The translations under genes and the position numbers were made by a program. The notes beneath the pieces are model-generated. The model saw only the letters and a program-made list of their open reading frames with translations. It had not been told where the DNA came from and ran no database searches. A stretch of DNA of 64,000 nt, taken from positions 28,656-92,655 of the forward strand of contig PLSR01000017.1 of NCBI GenBank assembly GCA_003164215.1, in the 5' to 3' direction. Shown one piece after another: positions 49,063 to 58,073 of this stretch; the stretch's first letter is position 1, and every line of letters begins with the position of its first letter. This stretch comes from Candidatus Kaiserbacteria bacterium (GTDB lineage: Bacteria > Patescibacteriota > Minisyncoccia > Phycocordibacterales > UBA2100).

Positions 49063-49623
49063 ATGATCATTCTCTATATTGTTGTCGCGGTCGTTTTGAT
49101 TATTCTCGTTTGGCTTATGGGTTCGTATAACGGTTTCGTCACGCTTACCAATCGAGTCAAAGAAGCGCTCTCGGACATCGATGTGCAATCGAAACGCCGC
49201 TTCGATCTCATCCCGAATCTCGTCGAGACGGTCAAGGGCTACGCCGCGCATGAATCAGGTACCTTGGAGAAGGTGACCGAAATGCGCACCGCCGCGATGA
49301 GCGCGACGACGCCGGCCGGCAAAGCGCAAGCCGACGATTTGCTGAGCGGCGCCCTCAAATCGCTCTTCGCTGTTTCCGAAAATTACCCCAACCTCAAGGC
49401 GAACGAGAACTTCCTCGAGTTGCAGCGTCAGCTTGAAGACACCGAAAATAAAATGCAGGCCGCGCGCCGTTTCTACAACAGCGTCGTCGTGGATCTCAAC
49501 ACGCGATTGCAATCATTCCCTGGCAACATCGTCGGCAGTACGTTTGGCTTCAAGGCAGGTGATTTCTTCGCGCTCAGTGATGCTGATGCCGCAGCCAAAG
49601 AGCCGGTGAAAGTGCAGTTCTAG
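49063..49623 (+). CDS. lemA: LemA family protein
   Basis: N-terminal TM, then YNGFVTLTNRVKEALSDIDVQSKRRFDLIPNLV...NYPNLKANENF..., typical of LemA. Confidence 0.85.
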   Translation: MIILYIVVAVVLIILVWLMGSYNGFVTLTNRVKEALSDIDVQSKRRFDLIPNLVETVKGYAAHESGTLEKVTEMRTAAMSATTPAGKAQADDLLSGALKSLFAVSENYPNLKANENFLELQRQLEDTENKMQAARRFYNSVVVDLNTRLQSFPGNIVGSTFGFKAGDFFALSDADAAAKEPVKVQF

Positions 49624-49637
49624 ACGACCACGCGAAA

Positions 49638-49683
49638 GCGAAGGCGTCGGAGCGATCCGCCGCCTTCGCCCTTTTCTTTTTTG
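49638..49683 (+). terminator. rho-independent terminator after lemA
   Basis: GCGAAGGCG / CGCCTTCGC 9-bp stem followed by CCTTTTCTTTTTT. Confidence 0.55.
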
Positions 49684-49709
49684 CCGTTCGAGAGTAATCT
49701 TTCTAAGAC

Positions 49710-50603
49710 ATGGTAAGTCTCTATACTCAGCAGTCCAAGAACGTTCTGCGCACATGGCTTCTCATGGGCGTTTTTCTTACGTTCGTGATCGGTGTCGGTT
49801 TTCTCGCGGCGCAATATTTCGGCAATTCGTCCATCCTTTATGTCGCCGTCGCTTTTGCGCTTGTCGTCAACATCTGGTCGTACTGGTTCTCCGCCTCGAT
49901 CGCAATTCGCAGTGTCGGCGCGGTACCGGCCGACCCCGATGAATATAAAGAATTGCATCGCGTCGTTGAAAATCTTGCGATCACCGCCGGGCTCCCGAAG
50001 CCTGCGGTCTATATCATCAACGACCCCGCGCCGAATGCCTTTGCAACGGGTCGAGACAAGAACCACGCCGTCATCGCCGTGACCACGGGTCTCTTGGGTA
50101 TGATGGATGACAACGAGCTCCAAGGCGTGATCGCGCACGAGCTCTCGCACGTCGGCAATAGAGACATTCTTGTCATGACCGTCGCGGTCGTTCTCGTCGG
50201 ATTCATTTCAATACTCGCGAATCTTTTTCTGCGCATTAGTTTCTTCGGCGGTGGCAATCGCGACAGGAACGCCGGGCCCTTGATCGCGATCGCGACGATC
50301 CTCGCGATGATCTTGGCTCCCATCGCGGCACAGCTCATCCAACTCGCGATCTCACGCAAACGCGAATTCCTCGCCGATGCCTCGGGAGCCCTCCTCACGC
50401 GCTATCCGGAAGGACTCGAATCGGCCTTGCGTAAGCTCGGCAGCTATCAAGCGCCGATGATGAACGCGTCGACCACGACCGCGCACATGTTCATCACCAA
50501 CCCATTCGGTGCGCATCCGGCAGGGCAGTGGGTACAGAAATTATTCTCGACGCATCCGCCGATCGAAGATCGTATAGAAGCCCTGGAAGGCCTGAAGGTG
50601 TGA
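49710..50603 (+). CDS. htpX: zinc metalloprotease HtpX (M48)
   Basis: TM helices flanking HELSHVGNRD (HExxH). Partnered with the LemA gene. Confidence 0.9.
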   Translation: MVSLYTQQSKNVLRTWLLMGVFLTFVIGVGFLAAQYFGNSSILYVAVAFALVVNIWSYWFSASIAIRSVGAVPADPDEYKELHRVVENLAITAGLPKPAVYIINDPAPNAFATGRDKNHAVIAVTTGLLGMMDDNELQGVIAHELSHVGNRDILVMTVAVVLVGFISILANLFLRISFFGGGNRDRNAGPLIAIATILAMILAPIAAQLIQLAISRKREFLADASGALLTRYPEGLESALRKLGSYQAPMMNASTTTAHMFITNPFGAHPAGQWVQKLFSTHPPIEDRIEALEGLKV

Positions 50604-50609
50604 TCGTAT

Positions 50610-51113
50610 ATGCCGTTCTTTCGTGGCGGGAAATTCCATCGGACCGACATCTGGCGCGAAGGGAAGTGGCTCGACCTCTGGAGTGTCGTGCACCTGCTCT
50701 CCGGCGTATCGCTCGGTCTTGGTTTTTCTTTTTTCAAATTTGGTGCGCTGAGCTCGGTCGTCATCGTCTTTCTCCTTCTCATTGCGTATGAAATGTGGGA
50801 GGCGATGGTGCAGATCGAAGAGACGCCGCAAAATAGATTCATGGACGTGGTCGTCGGTATGGTGAGCTTCCTGCCGACATTCTTCTTCATCACTCCCGCG
50901 CTCGCAAAAACGGATGTCATCATCTCGTTCGTTCTTATCCTTTTGTGGAATATCACCTTGGCTGCGATCGGCTGGTATGAATCGCGAAAGGCGACCGATC
51001 TCGAGCGCAAACTCCGCGCTGACCTCGAAAAGCGCCGCGCGCGCTTCATCGCCAATAGGGAGCGTCGTCGTCTCAATAAAGAAAAGCGGATGCGTGACAG
51101 CGAAACATCCTAA
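50610..51113 (+). CDS. membrane protein, hypothetical
   Basis: Four TM helices and a basic C-terminal tail. Confidence 0.45.
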   Translation: MPFFRGGKFHRTDIWREGKWLDLWSVVHLLSGVSLGLGFSFFKFGALSSVVIVFLLLIAYEMWEAMVQIEETPQNRFMDVVVGMVSFLPTFFFITPALAKTDVIISFVLILLWNITLAAIGWYESRKATDLERKLRADLEKRRARFIANRERRRLNKEKRMRDSETS

Positions 51114-51146
51114 GGGTAAGATTATCGCCAGCAAGGAGGTAGCGCC

Positions 51147-51401
51147 ATGGGCGAGATATACAGCTGGGAAAAGCACTTGCTCCGTGTACTGGATCATCCC
51201 AGCCCGGAGCTTGAACGGAGCGGTTGGGGCGGACGTATGACGGGATTCAATTCGCCTTCGCACTCGGCAACCGTACTCCCGTTCGTCCGCGAGCCGACAG
51301 ACGCAGCGACGAAGACCGCCCCGCCAGCGTCCACCGACACCTCGCGTACACTGGTGTTGACAGCTGCTGACTACGCGGCGCACAATGACTGGAAGATGTA
51401 A
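51147..51401 (+). CDS. hypothetical small protein
   Basis: 84-aa ORF with no motifs. Confidence 0.25.
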   Translation: MGEIYSWEKHLLRVLDHPSPELERSGWGGRMTGFNSPSHSATVLPFVREPTDAATKTAPPASTDTSRTLVLTAADYAAHNDWKM

Positions 51402-51454
51402 AGAATTTGGCGGCCCTGTACGGCCGCCAAAACTTTTAGATGAGTAGGTATGCG

Positions 51455-52246
51455 TCAGTGAATAAGGGTAATGCAGCCACCTCCGGGAGAAATGAAAGTA
51501 CAACCTATTTGTCCTTGAGAACTTCCATCCCCGGAATTTGTAGATGGCCCACTATTTGAGTTGCCTCCACCACTTCCATCGCCGGAAGACGTTGCTGCTG
51601 GAGGGGCATTGTCCGACGCGGGTGCGCTCGGATCCGATGAGTCCGGTACGGTTAAGGACAACAGTGTGGAATTTTGCTCGTTACCAGCTCCGACAGATGT
51701 CTCCACAAGCTGTACCTGATACGCTCCCGGTTGCGTGTATGTGTGACTCACGGGGGCAAGTTGATCGCACACGTTCCCGTTCGCTGAGGGAGTCTCACAT
51801 TGTAAAGCAACTTGCGTGCCATCCCCCAAATTCAACACGTAACCCTGTTGCTGCTGTGCAAATGCACCGGAGAATGTGAACTGCCAAGAACCCGAAGCGT
51901 CTGGTGTAGCCGTTATCTGACCATTTTGGTTTCGCACCGTGACAGATTGGGACGACGGAGAAGGTAGGTACTGAGTGGAAGCCGAAGTTCTGTTCGATGG
52001 CTCATCAACTCCAGCGGCAGGTTGTATCGGCACGATCTCGTCCGGCACTATCGTCGGCATGAGGTCGACTTCGGCTGGTTGTTGCGGAGTATCTGTGGTT
52101 TGCGGGGCCTGCTCATCCGTCGTAGTCGTAGAAGGAGTCGTCGGCTGTGGTGAACTTCGCGTCGAAAACCAAAAAACCGCACCGGCAATTAGTATGATCA
52201 AAAGTACGATCACCCAAACAACCGCCGCTCCTCTTTGATAGTTCAT
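51455..52246 (-). CDS. membrane-anchored secreted Pro/Thr/Gln-rich protein
   Basis: N-terminal TM (AAVVWVIVLLIILIAGAVFWF), a PT-rich linker and a beta-rich C-terminal domain. Confidence 0.5.
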   Translation of the reverse strand: MNYQRGAAVVWVIVLLIILIAGAVFWFSTRSSPQPTTPSTTTTDEQAPQTTDTPQQPAEVDLMPTIVPDEIVPIQPAAGVDEPSNRTSASTQYLPSPSSQSVTVRNQNGQITATPDASGSWQFTFSGAFAQQQQGYVLNLGDGTQVALQCETPSANGNVCDQLAPVSHTYTQPGAYQVQLVETSVGAGNEQNSTLLSLTVPDSSDPSAPASDNAPPAATSSGDGSGGGNSNSGPSTNSGDGSSQGQIGCTFISPGGGCITLIH

Positions 52247-52460
52247 AGAGATGATCGAACTCTATTATATTCGGACAGTAAGTAAACTCGGTTATCAACT
52301 ACGAGCATCGGCCGCAAAACACCGTGCTCAGTTATAAAGTAAAAAGATGTATTCGACATTACAATATGAAATTATCGGAAATATCGGACGCGTCCCCATT
52401 TTCCCATTTTCTCTGGTTGGAATTCCAAAAGAGTGATAGTGTTCATCCGGTTTCTGAACC

Positions 52461-53204
52461 TTGGAGGATCCAATGAAGCCGAAGACAGGCATCATCTACG
52501 CGTGCGATACGAGCGATCGAGAGCTCGGCGTCCATCTGATTGGCCAAGTCGCCCCTTACATCGACGTGGTCAAGGTAGGACTGGAGGCCATGACCCTTGA
52601 AGACGAGAACGGCGTCACGCTCGCTTCCAGTTTCCGCGCTCGCGCAAAACGGGCGAGCCTCGGATGCTTCTGGGACATCAAGATGCTCGACGTCAAAAAT
52701 ACGATGGCTGCGAGCGCGAAGAATATCGCGGCGTCTGGTGTTGACATGTTCACACTGCATGCGAACGCAAGCGACAGCGCGTTGTCGGCGGTCGCACTGG
52801 CTGCCGAAGAGAGCAATGTGCTTGCGCTCGCCGTGACCGTGTTGACCGACCTCGACGACGACATGTGCCGATCTCGCTTCGGTACGACAGCGAGAAAGGC
52901 CGTGCTCCAATTCGCTCGAATCGCATACGGCTGCGGCATTCGTGGATTCGTTTGTTCGGCACAAGAAGCCGCACTGCTTCGTTCAGATCTGCCTGACAGC
53001 GATAAGATCATTCTGGTCACCCCGGCGATCCGACCGTCTTGGTCGGTTGGCACCGACGAACAGAAGCGGGTCACAACGCCAACCGATGCCGCTCGCGCAA
53101 GCGCCGACTACATCGTCGTCGGCAGACCCATCAGCAACCCTCCGCTGTCTATGGGGCATGCGCAAGCCGCGCGAATGATCAGGGAAGAACTCGACGCGGC
53201 CTGA
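52461..53204 (+). CDS. pyrF: orotidine 5'-phosphate decarboxylase
   Basis: DxKxxDI motif (FWDIKMLDVKNT), the substrate-binding Asp/Lys network and a C-terminal VVGRPI. Confidence 0.75.
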   Translation: MEDPMKPKTGIIYACDTSDRELGVHLIGQVAPYIDVVKVGLEAMTLEDENGVTLASSFRARAKRASLGCFWDIKMLDVKNTMAASAKNIAASGVDMFTLHANASDSALSAVALAAEESNVLALAVTVLTDLDDDMCRSRFGTTARKAVLQFARIAYGCGIRGFVCSAQEAALLRSDLPDSDKIILVTPAIRPSWSVGTDEQKRVTTPTDAARASADYIVVGRPISNPPLSMGHAQAARMIREELDAA

Positions 53205-53217
53205 ACGCGTTGATCAC

Positions 53218-53256
53218 GAGTCGCCCGACCTTCGGTCGGGCGACTCATACTTTTAT
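53218..53256 (+). terminator. rho-independent terminator after pyrF
   Basis: Perfect 13-bp stem GAGTCGCCCGACC-ttc-GGTCGGGCGACTC followed by atacttttata. Confidence 0.6.
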
Positions 53257-53334
53257 ACGGCAAGAACATAGCGTATACTGCGCCCGTTAGGAATAAGGAG
53301 GGTTCGCATAGTGATTTAGTGAAATAATAGTATA

Positions 53335-54330
53335 ATGTTCGTAATGTACCGAGCACATTTCATACGTGGAGGTCAAACGATGTTCTTTGAGAATATACTC
53401 AAAACATCAGGGTTCTCGATGGAGACACTCGCACAGTTATGTAACGTAAGCGTGCGTACCATACGGGACTGGAAGCGAGAAAAGTATCGAGCGGAATATG
53501 ATGCAGTTATTTTTTTAAGTAAAAAATTTCATACTAAAACAGGTACGATCAAAAAAGTTGATATACGTGAGCATCTTCTCTCGGTAGCTTCCTCGGGTGG
53601 GATGGCTCGCTATGAACGATATGGCCCCGTGAGTAGCCAGGAAGATAGAAAAAGAGGCGGCAGAATATCTCAGTCACTGCGTCGTTCTAGCCCGCAGAAG
53701 TATCGTCTACTCGGTTGTAACGTTCGAAAAGATTTCAAAAACCCGAAGTATTCGGAGAAATTTGCCGAAGTTATCGGAATCTTATTGGGTGACGGGGCAC
53801 TCAATGATTATCAGGTGCGCGTCACACTTAGTAAAACGGTGGACAGAGAGTATGCGCACTTTGTCCGCGTACTTATGCGAGATGTATTTGGTGAGAATCC
53901 GTCATGGCGGGAGCGTCATAATGTTATCGAGATCACGCTATCAGGTGCCGCGCTCGTTGAAGTGCTAGAGAATCGGGGATTGAGACGCGGCAACAAAGTG
54001 CGTCATCAAGTGGATATACCAAAGTGGATCTTTACAAATAAGAAGTACCAGCGGGCGTGTCTACGAGGGTTGTTTGATACTGACGGCGGCATCTATCGAC
54101 ATAAGAAAGAAAAACGCACCTACGTCGGGTGGTCTTTCTCGAACCATTCCCGCCCTATCATTAAGGGAGTGATGGATATATTATACGCACACGGCATTGC
54201 AAATTCTCTGCAAAATGAGACAAAAGTGTACATATACTCGTTTGCCGATATAATGAGGTATATGGAGGTTGTGGGTTCACATAATCCGAAAAACATGCAG
54301 AGAATAGTCGGTGCTAGATCAAAGTTTTGA
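53335..54330 (+). CDS. free-standing double-motif LAGLIDADG homing-endonuclease-like protein with an N-terminal HTH
   Basis: Two LAGLIDADG motifs, IGILLGDGAL and LRGLFDTDGGI, about 100 aa apart. N-terminal HTH-like METLAQLCNVSVRTIRDWK. Ends 8 nt before tRNA-Ser. Confidence 0.65.
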   Translation: MFVMYRAHFIRGGQTMFFENILKTSGFSMETLAQLCNVSVRTIRDWKREKYRAEYDAVIFLSKKFHTKTGTIKKVDIREHLLSVASSGGMARYERYGPVSSQEDRKRGGRISQSLRRSSPQKYRLLGCNVRKDFKNPKYSEKFAEVIGILLGDGALNDYQVRVTLSKTVDREYAHFVRVLMRDVFGENPSWRERHNVIEITLSGAALVEVLENRGLRRGNKVRHQVDIPKWIFTNKKYQRACLRGLFDTDGGIYRHKKEKRTYVGWSFSNHSRPIIKGVMDILYAHGIANSLQNETKVYIYSFADIMRYMEVVGSHNPKNMQRIVGARSKF

Positions 54331-54337
54331 ATGCAGA

Positions 54338-54422
54338 GGAGAGATGCCTGAGTGGTCTAAAGGACACGCTTGGAAAGCGTGCGTGGGGCAACCCACCGAG
54401 GGTTCGAATCCCTCTCTCTCCG
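54338..54422 (+). tRNA. tRNA-Ser (anticodon GGA), class II with a long variable arm; CCA is not encoded
   Basis: GGAGAGA acceptor stem pairs with TCTCTCC. Anticodon stem-loop cACGC-TTGGAAA-GCGTg. T-arm GAGGG-TTCGAAT-CCCTC. Discriminator G. Confidence 0.88.
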
Positions 54423-54498
54423 CCCGTAGTAGTTTTTATCGGTGCTATGCTGAGCCCCTCGGCTGTTGTGTACACCATGAAGTAGTCATAGAATCCAG

Positions 54499-55536
54499 TT
54501 GATGGCATCTAGAAAGAAATCCAAGAGGAAATATCTAATATATCTCGATAAGGGTATTCAGGCGCTTCTCTCTGCCATAGACAGGATCAATAGTGTCCAC
54601 GACCCCTACCGGGTCGAGCAATCCTTGATCCTAGCCACTAATGCGTGGGAGCTGTTGGCCAAAAGTATTCTTTTAAGGGACAAGGTGAATATCCAGTATG
54701 CTGATGGTCGCACAATATCTGCCGAAGATGCTCTGACAAAATTGGTCTCCAGCGGATACCTTACCGAGAATCAATCGCAACATATTCAACAGATCATTTC
54801 TTTGCGAAATGCTGCTGTCCACTCGGTGTTGCCACATACGCCCGATGAAATTCTCTTTCATCTTCAATTTTATTCGGTGAAATTCTTTAAAGATCTGGTC
54901 TCCAAAGAATTCCCACCCTACGCGAAAAAGTGTAATGGTAATTTTATTTCGATAAGTTTCGACACGTTTACCACATATGCCGATAAGGTACAAAAGTTAG
55001 TAGCACGAGCAAGAAAACGAGGAACTCCCGAACAAGAACTCATGTGGTTGCTAGAGCGAGGTATTAGATTCAAGGGAGGACAATACATGTCGCAGACAAA
55101 ATTTGAAGACGAACTAAAAAAACTTGGACCAAGACGACGTCTCTATCATCATCTGAAGGTTTCTGATTTTATCAAAGATGCTCACATGGTAGTGGTTGTG
55201 CCAGTCCAAGCTCCGAAGGGCTACACCGCAGATATAAACCTTAGAAAAGGTCAAAATAAGGCTGGATCAGCACTGCCCGTTATGATTAAGAAAACGGATA
55301 TCGAAGAAGACTATCCTTATCTAACATCAGAACTCGGAAGACAAATTGGGAAGGGTACGAACTTTGTGGCTCATTCATTGCAAAAAATGAACGCGAAAGG
55401 AAATCCAACCTATCATCAGGCGGTCAGGTCCTCCAAGTCTGGAATGATTAATAGGTATTCACAAAAGGCATTGGATCTACTGAAGGATGCACTGAGCAAG
55501 GATCCAACTTATACACCCTTTCGGAAGAAGATTTGA
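54499..55536 (+). CDS. HEPN-like N-terminal domain protein with an uncharacterised C-terminal domain; candidate defence effector
   Basis: The N-terminal ~130 aa are helical with an Rx4H motif (LRNAAVHS) at the end of the last helix, as in HEPN. Located between tRNA-Ser and the serine recombinase. Confidence 0.5.
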   Translation: MMASRKKSKRKYLIYLDKGIQALLSAIDRINSVHDPYRVEQSLILATNAWELLAKSILLRDKVNIQYADGRTISAEDALTKLVSSGYLTENQSQHIQQIISLRNAAVHSVLPHTPDEILFHLQFYSVKFFKDLVSKEFPPYAKKCNGNFISISFDTFTTYADKVQKLVARARKRGTPEQELMWLLERGIRFKGGQYMSQTKFEDELKKLGPRRRLYHHLKVSDFIKDAHMVVVVPVQAPKGYTADINLRKGQNKAGSALPVMIKKTDIEEDYPYLTSELGRQIGKGTNFVAHSLQKMNAKGNPTYHQAVRSSKSGMINRYSQKALDLLKDALSKDPTYTPFRKKI

Positions 55537-55623
55537 GAGCGGATCGTCGGTGGTGACTCCATTGGTGACATATCGCACCGGTAGGTGGTGGCGAACCTTT
55601 TTACCAAGGAGTACCATCGAAGC

Positions 55624-56658
55624 ATGCCTCCCTGCATATACTGCAAAACAGAAAACTTTGAAAAATTCAAAGGGGTCGAGCACGTCATCCCACAAGCTTT
55701 TGGTAAGTTCGGAGCCAAGACACCGACGCTTAAATGCGTATGCGACGACTGCAACACCTTCTTTATGAAGGAACTTGATCAAGTTCTGGCACGAGAGACC
55801 CTAGAAGGGGTCACCCGCTATAAGAAAGGAATCTACTCGCGCGAGGCACGTCCGCAAACAAAATTGAAGTTCTCCCTTGCAGAATCTCCGGAAATCGGAG
55901 ACTTTCACGGTGCCATGATAGCTGTTGACGGTACAACTGGGAAATTGATGTCGCCTCCGGCTCAATACAAGATTTTGAACAAGTTGACCGGCAAATACGA
56001 AATCTATCTGGAACACCAGCTCAAGGATTTAAAAGTCACCGATGAAGTGTACGGCAAGCCAGGCGAGCGCGAGATCGGTATCATCGCGCCCTCCAGTGAG
56101 GCGCTCGATACGTTCATAAAAAAACTGAACGAGACTGGAATACCCTACAAGGAAAAGGAACGTTATCAGCCGCCATTCGTGAAGGCAATGGAGAGAATGC
56201 CTGACGATGGCGTTTCAACTCTAGAGGTTACAGTCGACGGCAAGATCGACGATCCGGTAAAGCGCGCGGTTGTAAAAATCCTTTTTAACTTCGCTACCTA
56301 CAACCTCGGTCCCGCTGAAACGTTGAAAAATGAATGGGATGCGGCGCGGAGTTTTATTCGGTTTACCGGAAAGACACTTATGGGGCGCGTCTCACAGAAG
56401 CCGTTTTGGGACGGGCAAGAGACCGAAACGATGCGCTTCTTGGACGACAGTTACAACTTGCGTATTGAGAATCAAAATGGGAATGTCGTCGGTGTTCTCC
56501 AGTTCTACAACCTGTTCACATATGAGTTTATCTTGGTCGAGGGGTATCAGATTCCACCGGAGCATGAAATAGCATATCGCTTCACTCCTGGAAAAGAGCC
56601 GATCATTGGGCGGAAAATGACTAAGTTGGAATATCTAAAGATGCAGCTGCCGGAATAA
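55624..56658 (+). CDS. HNH-endonuclease-domain protein with a ~270-aa uncharacterised C-terminal domain
   Basis: CIYCKTEN...EHVIPQAFG...CVCDDCN gives an HNH core (CxxC ... H ... CxxC). ATG at 55624 is preceded by AAGGAG. Confidence 0.6.
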   Translation: MPPCIYCKTENFEKFKGVEHVIPQAFGKFGAKTPTLKCVCDDCNTFFMKELDQVLARETLEGVTRYKKGIYSREARPQTKLKFSLAESPEIGDFHGAMIAVDGTTGKLMSPPAQYKILNKLTGKYEIYLEHQLKDLKVTDEVYGKPGEREIGIIAPSSEALDTFIKKLNETGIPYKEKERYQPPFVKAMERMPDDGVSTLEVTVDGKIDDPVKRAVVKILFNFATYNLGPAETLKNEWDAARSFIRFTGKTLMGRVSQKPFWDGQETETMRFLDDSYNLRIENQNGNVVGVLQFYNLFTYEFILVEGYQIPPEHEIAYRFTPGKEPIIGRKMTKLEYLKMQLPE

Positions 56659-57990
56659 TTACTCGATCGTCACAGCGCCATTGTTGACTTTGAAGTTCGA
56701 CTTAAAGCACCCCATCAGCTCGCGCTTCTCCTCGTTGGTGCCCTCCTTGAGGATGTACTTTGCATACGTCCTGATATTGATCTCCTCATGCTTTGCATCG
56801 GGATCTGAGAGACCAAGTACGGTGCGCTGGAATTTATTGTGCCGTTTCAATTCGTCCTCGAATTTCATCTGCACGTTGATCTGGTTGATATCGATCTGAT
56901 CGATAATCTTGAGCAGTTGCTCTACGAGTTCCTCCTCACGCAGATACGTATTGCCTTTGCACTGTTTGTCACGCGTACGTCCGCATCCGTAGTAGACGTA
57001 ACGAGCGGTCGTGCCATCCTTGCGCTGCTTGTACTTTTCCTCAGCGCTGATGCACGATCCGCACTTGCCGCACGTCATGAGTTTCGTGAAGGCAAACTCG
57101 TGCGATTCCCGCTGTATGTTGTCTCGCTTGAGCTGTGCCTGCACCTTTTCGAATAATTCCTTGGGCACCAATGGTTCGTGCTTGCCCTGATACCAGTTGC
57201 CGCTATTTCGCGGATACTCAAATATGCCGTGGTAGAAGGGATTGGAGAGAATGCGGTACATATTGCCGAGCGAGAGCGGTTTCTTACCTTGTGTCTGAAA
57301 GATTAGTTCGAATCGGAGCCAGTGATACAATCGCGGCCCTGACCATTTTTCATACCCGACTTTCTCGAACATCTTCCGTATCACCGGCCCGCGATCCGGA
57401 TCGATGATGACCTCGCACTTCCGGTCCATTCGCCGTTCGTTGAGATATCCGGTCAACGTGCTTCCGGGCCGCAGTCCCATCTCGCAGCGCGTTCTAAGTC
57501 CTCGCTTTACGTTTACGCCGCGATTGTCGTTCTCGAGTTTTGCCTGACTCCCCAGAATCATCAGGAGGAACTTCTCGTTCGGGTTATTACGGAACGACTG
57601 GCTATACGTACGGATCTCCATGAGTACTCCCGCGTCCATGAGATCGATGACTTTCCCGAGGTCGCCAGCGTTGCGTGAGATGCGATCCGGTGCCCATGTC
57701 AGTATCGCGTTGAACTTTCCCGTTTTCATTTCATCGACGATCTCGTTGAAGACGGGACGCTGCCCTGCTTCTTTGGCTGAGTGGCTCTCGCGCTTCATCG
57801 CGACGATCTCGAGCCCTTCGCGCTCCGCGAGTTGGAGCATCTCCTTGATCTGGGAATCGATGGAGAGCACCTGCCGCTCCTCGCTCTCGGTGCTCTTGCG
57901 AGCGTAGAGGCAAAACTTGAGCGGCACGATCTTCAATTCCGGTCTCCCGATCTGCCCTCCGGGGAATGGTCTCTCGATGACGTTGTCCAT
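56659..57990 (-). CDS. large serine recombinase (integrase)
   Basis: Catalytic domain YARKSTESEERQVLSIDSQ (Ser nucleophile), recombinase domain and a C-terminal zinc ribbon (CGKCGSCISAE...YYGCG). Confidence 0.85.
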   Translation of the reverse strand: MDNVIERPFPGGQIGRPELKIVPLKFCLYARKSTESEERQVLSIDSQIKEMLQLAEREGLEIVAMKRESHSAKEAGQRPVFNEIVDEMKTGKFNAILTWAPDRISRNAGDLGKVIDLMDAGVLMEIRTYSQSFRNNPNEKFLLMILGSQAKLENDNRGVNVKRGLRTRCEMGLRPGSTLTGYLNERRMDRKCEVIIDPDRGPVIRKMFEKVGYEKWSGPRLYHWLRFELIFQTQGKKPLSLGNMYRILSNPFYHGIFEYPRNSGNWYQGKHEPLVPKELFEKVQAQLKRDNIQRESHEFAFTKLMTCGKCGSCISAEEKYKQRKDGTTARYVYYGCGRTRDKQCKGNTYLREEELVEQLLKIIDQIDINQINVQMKFEDELKRHNKFQRTVLGLSDPDAKHEEINIRTYAKYILKEGTNEEKRELMGCFKSNFKVNNGAVTIE

Positions 57991-58073
57991 ATGCTTGTGG
58001 TATTTAGCTGCTACATCACAAGCAATGCCGCAACCCTCGCCACAAGTCTATTGAATACAAGGAGGTAACTATT

